Below, piece after piece: positions 9,145 through 15,835 of a stretch of 15,864 bases of DNA. The first letter of the stretch is position 1. Each line of letters begins with the position of its first letter. The stretch comes from Candidatus Omnitrophota bacterium (lineage in GTDB: Bacteria > Omnitrophota > Omnitrophia > Omnitrophales > Aquincolibacteriaceae), in NCBI GenBank assembly GCA_043803685.1, contig JAZDJU010000116.1:1-15864 (forward strand), read 5' to 3'. Position numbers and translations under genes: made by a program. The notes below the pieces were generated by a model. It was not told where the DNA came from, ran no database searches, and saw only the letters and a program-made list of their open reading frames with translations.

Positions 9145-9207
9145 TGAGATCACCCCCTTTTCGGAAGACAGCATAGGCCGTTTCCCGTGTTCCACCTAAT
9201 CAATAAT

Positions 9208-9224
9208 GGGGTCACACCCCTTTT
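9208..9224. repeat. REP-like motif GGGGTCACACCCCTTTT
   Basis: The 11-mer GGGGTCACACC is identical to the arms of the inverted repeat at 13297-13367. Confidence 0.65.
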
Positions 9225-9246
9225 CTTGATTTATTCAGATTTTATC

Positions 9247-9275
9247 TGGAGCGTCGGGGAGGGGAGGCGTATACT
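9247..9275 (+). promoter_or_regulatory. Putative sigma70 promoter
   Basis: -10 TATACT at 9270-9275; weak -35 TGGAGC at 9247-9252 with 17-bp spacing. Confidence 0.35.
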
Positions 9276-9280
9276 GGCGC

Positions 9281-9404
9281 AGTTTTAAGATCGAAATAGC
9301 GGACGAGAACGAGGGACGGGGCATGGCGAATGCAGGACCAGTCAGCGTTTTGTCGCACCACAAAATCCAGAGAGTGACACTAGCGGGCTCACGCCCGCTT
9401 TTTT
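9281..9404 (+). ncRNA. Candidate ~120-nt small RNA or attenuating leader (no family recognised)
   Basis: Lies between the TATACT -10 and a textbook intrinsic terminator; contains small alternative stems and three GGAC motifs. Confidence 0.3.
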
Positions 9405-9409
9405 ATTTT
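9382..9409 (+). terminator. Rho-independent terminator
   Basis: AGCGGGC-tcac-GCCCGCT followed by TTTTTATTTT. Confidence 0.75.
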
Positions 9410-9451
9410 ATGCCCCCCGAGTTCCAACTCCGGAGGTTGGATTCGGGCATA
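9409..9451. repeat. Imperfect palindrome (REP-like hairpin)
   Basis: TATGCCC...TCCAAC-tccggag-GTTGGA...GGGCATA. Confidence 0.5.
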
Positions 9452-9535
9452 TGATGTTAAGGTTTCAGGGCGGAAATGCGTTCATATGAAAACAATTGGA
9501 TAGATATAACTCCCTATCAGAAAAGCGAGGCGAAT

Positions 9536-10354
9536 ATGAGTCAGAATAAACCACTCAAAGCCATTCTAATGCTTGCAGCGTTGATCTTCTTGATGAGTAT
9601 GGGCCGCTTGGCTGTGGCAGAAGATTTTCCTTACCGGGAAAAATATCCAGACGTTCCCACCATTAGTACCCAGGATCTTTATGATAAATATAAGCAGGGG
9701 GACATGATCATTGTCGATGTGCGTTCCGATATAGAATATTCAGCTATTCATCCTGTTGGGTCGCAGCATATTCCCATCGGACGCGCGGATTTTACAGATC
9801 GAGTCGGTGAGTTGATCGAAAAAAATCCCGGGGCAGACATCGCGTTCTATTGTAACGGGATCACATGTTTGAAGTCTTATGAAGCCGTCGAAAAGGTTCA
9901 AGAGGCCGGATACAAAAATTGTTTCGCTTATGATGCAGGGATACCCGATTGGGAAGAAGTTTATCCGGAGCACACGCTTCTGCTGGGAGAAAAAGTGACG
10001 GATCCGGCAAAGCAGATCATTCCCGAAAGTGAATTCAAAAAACATTTGCTAGGTTTCGAGGAGTTTAAATCGAGGGCGAGCGATCCTAAAGCCATTGTCA
10101 TCGATGTCCGGGATCATATTCAGAAAAGCGGAGACCTTCCGGGGATCGAAACGGCTCTTAGCATACCGCTCGATAAATTCATCCCCAACTTCGTGGAGCG
10201 GGAGATTAATCAGGATAAGACCTTGCTGATCTTCGACCAGGTCGGGAAGCAAGTGTTCTGGCTCATGTATTATTTGGAGAAACACGGATATCAGGATTAT
10301 TTCTTTCTCAACAAAGGGGCGACAGGCGTTCTTGAAAAGCAGGAATATAAATGA
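9536..10354 (+). CDS. Periplasmic tandem rhodanese-domain protein
   Basis: Preferred start is ATG 9536 (GAGG upstream; 9476 is an alternative), giving signal peptide MSQNKPLKAILMLAALIFLMSMGRLAVA-E. Domain 1: IVDVRS.IEY..IHP.GS.HIP, FYCNGITCLKS, YDAGIPDW. Domain 2: VIDVRD, IFDQVGKQ (Asp in place of Cys), FLNKGA. Confidence 0.88.
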   Translation: MSQNKPLKAILMLAALIFLMSMGRLAVAEDFPYREKYPDVPTISTQDLYDKYKQGDMIIVDVRSDIEYSAIHPVGSQHIPIGRADFTDRVGELIEKNPGADIAFYCNGITCLKSYEAVEKVQEAGYKNCFAYDAGIPDWEEVYPEHTLLLGEKVTDPAKQIIPESEFKKHLLGFEEFKSRASDPKAIVIDVRDHIQKSGDLPGIETALSIPLDKFIPNFVEREINQDKTLLIFDQVGKQVFWLMYYLEKHGYQDYFFLNKGATGVLEKQEYK

Positions 10355-10475
10355 ATCCTTGAGGAGTGTTCCTCCCGGAGGGGTGGATCCTTGCGCCTGC
10401 ATTCCGGGAAACAAGAGAAGTCAGTACAAGCAAGCGAAAGAGCGGGAGCTTCCTTCGCACACAGCGGGGTGAGAG

Positions 10476-13292
10476 GTGAACATGTTTAAAGGGTTGGGCG
10501 TAAAATTCACGGTTCTGATCACGGTGTTGATCGTTGCCATTATGCTTTTGCTGGGAGCTGTTATTTTCCTGGTGCAAAGGGATATCCTCAATGAGAACTT
10601 GAAGAATTCTCAAGCGAATCTCGTAGAGAGTTTAAGAAATCGAGGGAGAAGTATGGTCTATTTCCTCGCTAAGATCGCGCCCGAGTCCATATTAACCTAT
10701 GACTATGCCATGTTGGATCATTATGTCTCTGAGATCAGTAAGGAAGCCGACTTCGAAGAAGGGATCTTTTATAATGACAAGGGGGTGGCCCTGACAAAAA
10801 CCACAGTGACCCCGCACGGGGAAGATTCTGATATTCTGGAGTTAACGGAACCCGTCATTTTTCACGGCAAGAAATTAGGTCTCGTTGAGATCCATTTATC
10901 ACAAGAGCGCATTCACGGGATCATTAAGGCTGAAAAAAACAAGATCGAAAAAAGCCTGGAGAAGTTATTTTCCGCATTGATCATGGTCTTCTTGGTGGGG
11001 GTCGTTCTTTTAGTTTGTGTCATAGGGGTCGTTTTCAGAAAGATCATTATTCTTCCCCTGTCCCGAGTGAGGGATGCCCTGCAGGATATCACCCGAGGCG
11101 ACCTTGGGTTTACGAGGCGCATTGAAAGGGTGACCCAGGACGAGATCGGCGGACTCGCCGATTCTTTTAACAAGATGGCAGCGAATCTGCAGGAAAGAGA
11201 TGAGGAGATCAAAAGATCGAACCAGCAGTTGAGAGCCAACGAACAGCAACTCAAGGCGGCCATCGTCAAGGCGGAGGCTGCGGCTCAGGCGAAGGGTAAC
11301 TTTTTAGCGAACATGAGCCATGAGATCCGTACTCCCATGAACTCCATCCTGGGCTTCAGTGATATGCTCAGTCGAACGAGCCTTGATGAAAAGCAAAAAA
11401 GTTATCTTTCCAGCGTGACCGCAAGCGGTGAATTGTTATTGGACATTATCAATAGCATCCTGGATATCTCAAAGTTGGGGTCTTCAGTGCTCGTCTTGGA
11501 GTCCATTGATTTCGACCTGGAATACCTTGTTTCCGATGTGTTCAAGATGCTTATGCCGAAATTCTCGGAAAAGGGGCTGGTCACCTACATCGACATCGAT
11601 AAGCATATTCGCCGCTTTCTTAAGGGCGATCCTACCCGTCTGAGACAGATCCTCGTCAACTTGCTCAGCAACGCGATCAAATTCACGGACAAGGGGGACG
11701 TGGGGATCATTGTTCGACGCGATCATGAACAAAGCACAGAAGAAGATATCGTGCTTCTTTTTTCGGTCCGGGATACCGGGATCGGGATCCCCAAAGATAA
11801 AACGGGGCATATCTTCGGATCCTTTTGCCAAGGCGATGAAACGACCACGCGCCGGTATGGCGGGGCAGGTCTGGGACTTTCGATCTGCAAGACCCTCGTG
11901 GAGGCGATGGGGGGTAAGATCTGGCTTGCTTCGGAGGAGGGGAAGGGAAGCGCTTTTTTCTTTACGTCCCATTTTAAAAAAGGAAGCCCCGTTTCCCGGA
12001 AAATGATTTATCCCTTGTCGAAAAAAGATCTGGAGAACAAGAACGTCATTATTATCGATGACAATCAACACTCCAGGGAGATATTGCAACGTTATTGTGA
12101 GGAATTTGGCATGAAGGTCTTAAGCGTCATGGATTCTTCCCTGTCAGCGTTCCAAAGGATCGACCAGATTGTTGCCGAAGGGGGGAAGCCGGACCTGATC
12201 CTCTCCGACATCATGATGCCCGGGATGGATGGCTATGCATTGGTCGTGAAGATCCGTAATTCCAGTCATTGGGGTTCGATCAAGGTCATTGCCGTCACTT
12301 CGGATATACGCATTGGATCGGCCAAGGATGCTTACGACCATGGCTTTAATGGCTTTTTAACGAAACCCGTTCTGAGAAGTGATCTATTCAATATTATTGT
12401 GACCGTTCTGGGAGATCAAAGGCCGGCGCCGGAACAGATCATCACGCATCACATGGCTCAGGAATTAACTTGCAAGGGCATCCGGATCCTGGTGGTGGAA
12501 GATAATGTCCTGAATCAAAAGCTGATCGAGGCTATGCTTGAGCCGCTGGGTTGCGTGGGGGATTACGTGAGCAATGGACAAGAAGCGATCGAAAAGTTGG
12601 GTTCCAACGCGGCTCAATATGGTTTATGTCTCATGGACATACAAATGCCGGTGATGGGGGGCGTGGAAGCTACAAAGATCATTCGCGAAAAGATAAGCCG
12701 CGATCTTCCGATCATTGCCTTGACCGCGGCCGTGATGGAGGAAGATCGAAAGATGGCGGAGGAAGCTGGGATGAATGATTTTCTCACGAAGCCCATGAGA
12801 GCTTCTGACTTAAGGGACATGATCTTTAAATATGGAAAGCCTGAGGCTCATGGAACGCCTTCCTCAGGGGGCGTTCCGGCGAGCGGTGAAGACGCACAGG
12901 AGCCGCAGGCGGCTCAGAAGCAAGGCGAAAGGACGATCAAGGTATTGGTCGTTGATGATGCCGCTGCCAATCGAGATCTGATCAAAGCCTATCTGGATAC
13001 GTTTGCGTTCGAAGGCGATTATGCCGCGAACGGACAAGAGGCTCTTGAGAAGCTTAGGGCCCATTCCTATGATATTTGCTTGCTGGATCTGCAAATGTCA
13101 GGGATGGATGGTCTGGAGGTCGCTCAGATCATTCGATCCGAGATCTCCAGGGATCTGCCTGTCATCGGGATTACGGGTGTCATGGAATTTGACCGGGAAA
13201 CATGTCTAAGATCCGGCATGAATGATTATATGCATAAGCCCGTGGATATGCTGAAGCTCAAAGAACTGATCCTCAAATATGTCACGGTTTAG
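10476..13292 (+). CDS. Membrane-bound hybrid sensor histidine kinase (TM-periplasmic-TM-HAMP-HisKA-HATPase-REC x3)
   Basis: Two TM helices; [18 protein letters not shown]-box [15 protein letters not shown]-box [15 protein letters not shown]1 DTGIGI; G2 GGAGLGLSI. Three receivers with acceptor Asp (LSDIMMP, LMDIQMP, LLDLQMS) and KP motifs. Start is GTG 10476 or ATG 10482. Confidence 0.95.
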   Translation: MNMFKGLGVKFTVLITVLIVAIMLLLGAVIFLVQRDILNENLKNSQANLVESLRNRGRSMVYFLAKIAPESILTYDYAMLDHYVSEISKEADFEEGIFYNDKGVALTKTTVTPHGEDSDILELTEPVIFHGKKLGLVEIHLSQERIHGIIKAEKNKIEKSLEKLFSALIMVFLVGVVLLVCVIGVVFRKIIILPLSRVRDALQDITRGDLGFTRRIERVTQDEIGGLADSFNKMAANLQERDEEIKRSNQQLRANEQQLKAAIVKAEAAAQAKGNFLANMSHEIRTPMNSILGFSDMLSRTSLDEKQKSYLSSVTASGELLLDIINSILDISKLGSSVLVLESIDFDLEYLVSDVFKMLMPKFSEKGLVTYIDIDKHIRRFLKGDPTRLRQILVNLLSNAIKFTDKGDVGIIVRRDHEQSTEEDIVLLFSVRDTGIGIPKDKTGHIFGSFCQGDETTTRRYGGAGLGLSICKTLVEAMGGKIWLASEEGKGSAFFFTSHFKKGSPVSRKMIYPLSKKDLENKNVIIIDDNQHSREILQRYCEEFGMKVLSVMDSSLSAFQRIDQIVAEGGKPDLILSDIMMPGMDGYALVVKIRNSSHWGSIKVIAVTSDIRIGSAKDAYDHGFNGFLTKPVLRSDLFNIIVTVLGDQRPAPEQIITHHMAQELTCKGIRILVVEDNVLNQKLIEAMLEPLGCVGDYVSNGQEAIEKLGSNAAQYGLCLMDIQMPVMGGVEATKIIREKISRDLPIIALTAAVMEEDRKMAEEAGMNDFLTKPMRASDLRDMIFKYGKPEAHGTPSSGGVPASGEDAQEPQAAQKQGERTIKVLVVDDAAANRDLIKAYLDTFAFEGDYAANGQEALEKLRAHSYDICLLDLQMSGMDGLEVAQIIRSEISRDLPVIGITGVMEFDRETCLRSGMNDYMHKPVDMLKLKELILKYVTV

Positions 13293-13296
13293 CGTA

Positions 13297-13367
13297 AAAA
13301 GGGGTCACACCTAATTAACTGTTAATAAGTCTGATTTATCCACAGAAAAATAGGTGTGACCCCTTTT
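13297..13367. repeat. Perfect 17-bp inverted repeat with 37-bp AT-rich spacer (REP/REPIN-like element)
   Basis: AAAAGGGGTCACACCTA (13297-13313) and TAGGTGTGACCCCTTTT (13351-13367) are exact reverse complements. Confidence 0.85.
13336..13344 (+). promoter_or_regulatory. Consensus DnaA box TTATCCACA
   Basis: Exact 9-mer match inside the inverted-repeat spacer. An oppositely oriented 2-mismatch copy, TGTTAATAA, is at 13320-13328. Confidence 0.4.
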
Positions 13368-13383
13368 CCTCGCCTTTTCCTCG
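13362..13383. repeat. Perfect 11-bp tandem duplication CCTTTTCCTCG
   Basis: 13362-13372 and 13373-13383 are identical and overlap the right arm of the inverted repeat. Confidence 0.8.
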
Positions 13384-13440
13384 GCACGCGCTAATTTTTT
13401 GGCGGTGGTTTTCGGTATTTTAATCGATGAGGAGTTTTGA

Positions 13441-14382
13441 ATGAACGATGGTCATGCAATGATTTCAACATATAGAGTCGAACAAAAAATAGTATCATTA
13501 GCAGATTGTGCTGTTATGGAAAATAAATGTCAAAAAGCATCGTTTGAAATTGATGGCGTTGAATTTTCGCACTGGGATTTTAATTTTAGGGATGGTTGGA
13601 CAACTAGGGCATGGATTGCCGTTTTTAAAATAGACGCACATAATTGCCAAGACGCTTACAATTCCTTCAATAAGCGATTGGCTAAATTAATTCCTCGAAT
13701 AGCATTGATTTCTCAGGCCTACATCGAATTTCTCAACGAACCTTTTGTGATTCATAAAGAGACGAGTGATATTGCTTTCTTTGGATATGTCCAAGATGTA
13801 AATCCTGTAGGTTTAATGTTTATGGAGGACGAGCTTGAAGCATTAAAAGTTTTGTTGGAGCGCTCGGCAATACCTGAAGAATTTTATTACTACTGGAATG
13901 ACGCAGTTAACGCTATCGGATATTCTGCGAAGCTGCTTCTTATGATCTCTGCGATTGAGGCCTTGGTAAAGAAAAATGATGGAAAAAAGGACTGGGTTCT
14001 AATTAATCAAATTCTGAAAGAAGATTTGGTTAAAGAGCTGTGGGGTACTAAACATAATTCACGCGACGGATTACGCCACCGCCTAGTCCACGGAGAGTAT
14101 TTACAGCCCTCAGATAACAGCAAAAACTATGTTCAGGCAATACATCTTAGAGTTATTGAATATTTTAACACGGAAATATTTAAAAAAGCCTTGATAGAAA
14201 TAAATGTAAAAAATCCTCAAAGGCATCCATTCGGCAATAAACAAGGCATGAGTTCTTTTGTGAAAGAAAGACAATTTGGAAGCGATTTTAATCTTAAGAA
14301 GTTGCTAATTGATTTTGGAAGAGATCACCCGGAGGGCGTTAAATATGAGCGTGTATACGATCATTCCCCATCTGATTATTGA
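13441..14382 (+). CDS. HEPN-domain protein (ApeA/MauJ-like architecture), putative RNase toxin or anti-phage effector
   Basis: 313 aa with a GAGGAG RBS; visibly more AT-rich than the flanks. Helix KLLLMISAIEAL is followed about 35 aa later by R-H-R-L-V-H-G (RxxxxH) at 14074-14094. Confidence 0.65.
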   Translation: MNDGHAMISTYRVEQKIVSLADCAVMENKCQKASFEIDGVEFSHWDFNFRDGWTTRAWIAVFKIDAHNCQDAYNSFNKRLAKLIPRIALISQAYIEFLNEPFVIHKETSDIAFFGYVQDVNPVGLMFMEDELEALKVLLERSAIPEEFYYYWNDAVNAIGYSAKLLLMISAIEALVKKNDGKKDWVLINQILKEDLVKELWGTKHNSRDGLRHRLVHGEYLQPSDNSKNYVQAIHLRVIEYFNTEIFKKALIEINVKNPQRHPFGNKQGMSSFVKERQFGSDFNLKKLLIDFGRDHPEGVKYERVYDHSPSDY

Positions 14383-14401
14383 ACAAGAGTAACCGAAGAC
14401 C

Positions 14402-14441
14402 GGGGACAGTCCTGCCACAAAGCGCTGGCGGGCAGGCGCCC
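14402..14441. repeat. GGGGACAG motif adjoining a CCTGCC...GGCAGG palindrome (REP-like)
   Basis: GGGGACAGT at 14402-14410, then CCTGCC (14411-14416) pairing with GGCAGG (14431-14436), 20 bp after the HEPN stop. Confidence 0.5.
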
Positions 14442-14473
14442 AAAAATAATGGAACAGGCCTTGGAGATTTAAA

Positions 14474-15682
14474 ATGAAAACGAAACTGGCGGTTATCTTA
14501 TTTCTTCTGGTTTTTGGGGCTCCTGGAATGCTGAGTGCTGAAACGCCTTCAGCGAACTTACCGCAGGCTGGTTCGACAGGCTCACCACAGGCAGCCTCAC
14601 TGCCTGAAGTTGGAACTTATGACCAGTTAGTGGCGGCGATTCGGAAGGCAAGGGCGGAGAGTCAGGTGCGGGTGGAGCAGGCGGTAGCGCAGGAGAAGGT
14701 GCGCGAGAACTGGGAGATCGGCAAGCTCATTGACGAGCATGTGCTTCAGCATAAGGAACGCGCGGATTATGGGAAGCAGGTGATCCTGAGATTGTCTCAA
14801 GACTTGTCTATCAGTGATTCCGAGTTGTACTCAATGCTTGAGTTCGCCCGGGCTTATCCAATTCTCCCGCATGCGGGAAAATTGACTTGGTCAGATTACC
14901 GGGAGCTTCTTGCCGTGAATGACCCTAAGGACCGTGATGAGCTTACAGAGAAAGCTGCCAAAGAAAATTGGAATCGCGACCAAATCCGCGAAGAGGTGAA
15001 GCGACGCAAAGCGGCGAGGAATGAGGCGCCGGCGCCTGCGGTTGTGGAGGAGAAGCTCACGGCGAAGCTGGGGAAGCCGGGGACGTACAAGATGGTGAAA
15101 GTCAAAGGCGGACCGGAGATGGGACAGCTTGTGATCGATCTCGGGTTCTCGAACTATTACCGGACGTCGCGGCCGCTGGGGTTCAAGGACGGGGCGATCA
15201 TCGAAGCTTTGTTCGCGATGCCGGAAGGTTCGTCGCCCTCGGACAAGATCAAACTCTCGAAGCGCACGGCGGACGACCTTTACACGTACCGTGCGTCCAT
15301 TATCGAAGTGCTAGACGGGGACACGGTGAACGCGGTGGTGGACCTGGGATTCGGTGTGCGGAGTGTGCAGACCCTGCGCCTGCGAGGTATTGACGCGCCT
15401 GAAATGGTGAGCAAGGAAGGGAAGGAAGCGAAGGCATTTTTAGAAAAAATGCTCAAAGGAGCCACGAGCCAAGGGCCACGGGACACGAAAGACAGTGCCA
15501 CGGGCCAAGAGCCACGGACCACGGAAAAAACGTGGGTCGTGGAACGTGGAACGGAGGTTTTGGTCAAAACCTCCAAGTCGGACAAGTACGACCGCTACCT
15601 GGCGGATGTTTTTATAGATGGTCTGTATGTAAATCAGAAGTTGGTCGAGGGTGGGTTTGCGGTCAGAGTTCGCGATAACTAG
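14474..15682 (+). CDS. Signal-peptide + DUF1016/YhcG N-terminal-like domain + thermonuclease (SNase) fusion
   Basis: GGAGA RBS and N-terminal signal (MKTKLAVILFLLVFGAPGMLSA-E). DUF1016_N-like motifs WEIGKLI, RADYGKQVILRLSQDL, FARAYP, LTWSDYRELL, ENWNRDQIREEV. SNase motifs VLDGDTV, LRLRGIDAPE, GKEAKAFL, DKYDRYLADV, VNQKLVEGGFA. Confidence 0.82.
   Translation: MKTKLAVILFLLVFGAPGMLSAETPSANLPQAGSTGSPQAASLPEVGTYDQLVAAIRKARAESQVRVEQAVAQEKVRENWEIGKLIDEHVLQHKERADYGKQVILRLSQDLSISDSELYSMLEFARAYPILPHAGKLTWSDYRELLAVNDPKDRDELTEKAAKENWNRDQIREEVKRRKAARNEAPAPAVVEEKLTAKLGKPGTYKMVKVKGGPEMGQLVIDLGFSNYYRTSRPLGFKDGAIIEALFAMPEGSSPSDKIKLSKRTADDLYTYRASIIEVLDGDTVNAVVDLGFGVRSVQTLRLRGIDAPEMVSKEGKEAKAFLEKMLKGATSQGPRDTKDSATGQEPRTTEKTWVVERGTEVLVKTSKSDKYDRYLADVFIDGLYVNQKLVEGGFAVRVRDN
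14564..14592. repeat. In-frame REP-like element CAGGC-TGGTTCGACAGGCTCACCA-CAGGC
   Basis: 19-bp imperfect palindrome with a TTCGACAGGCTCA core, bracketed by CAGGC. The net 24 bp keeps the frame (QAGSTGSP-QA). Confidence 0.6.
15461..15553. repeat. In-frame heptamer tandem repeat array (GCCACGG-like x8, then inverted CGTGGAA-like x3)
   Basis: gccacga gccaagg gccacgg gacacga [aagacagt] gccacgg gccaaga gccacgg accacgg [aaaaaa] cgtgggt cgtggaa cgtggaa cg; 93 bp = 31 codons. Confidence 0.8.
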
Positions 15683-15699
15683 AGCGGAAGGCGGAAAGC

Positions 15700-15734
15700 A
15701 GATTGCCGCGCCCCGAACAACGGGGCTCGCAATG
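15700..15734. repeat. GATTGC...CTCGCAATG-type REP-like palindrome (possible terminator)
   Basis: ATTGC-cgc-GCCCCG-aacaa-CGGGGC-tc-GCAAT just downstream of the nuclease stop, preceded by heptamers agcggaa ggcggaa. Confidence 0.6.
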
Positions 15735-15788
15735 CGCATAATGGTCAAAAAGTGTTGCTCGCTAATTTCGTAACTATCTTATTTCCAG

Positions 15789-15835
15789 TATGATAGCGCT
15801 ATTTTGAACTGAGTTTATTGAAACCGTTCAATAAA
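15789..15835 (+). promoter_or_regulatory. Putative -10 (TATGAT) with downstream palindromic operator TTTATTGAA-accg-TTCAATAAA
   Basis: TATGAT at 15789-15794; perfect 9-bp inverted repeat with 4-bp spacer at 15814-15835. The target gene would lie beyond the window. Confidence 0.45.

Noticed and set aside
8962..9147. 61-aa hydrophobic plus-strand ORF
   Set aside because: No RBS, and it spans the repeat array. Its Phe/Leu run is the antisense of the Lys codons in the better-supported minus-strand ORF.
9282..9300. GTTTTAAGATCGAAATAGC resembles the start of the SpCas9 sgRNA scaffold
   Set aside because: The similarity stops there, with no anti-repeat pairing or nexus. That scaffold junction is synthetic, so this is treated as chance.
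10365..10383. Small hairpins between the rhodanese and kinase genes
   Set aside because: Short stems without a U-tract; not enough to call a terminator or an RNA element.
13297..13440. Chromosomal origin (oriC)
   Set aside because: Only one perfect and one degenerate DnaA box, and no dnaA/dnaN/gidA/parAB context.
14383..14473. Integron attC site after the HEPN gene
   Set aside because: No matching RYYYAAC...GTTRRRY pair with L boxes, and no intI in the window.
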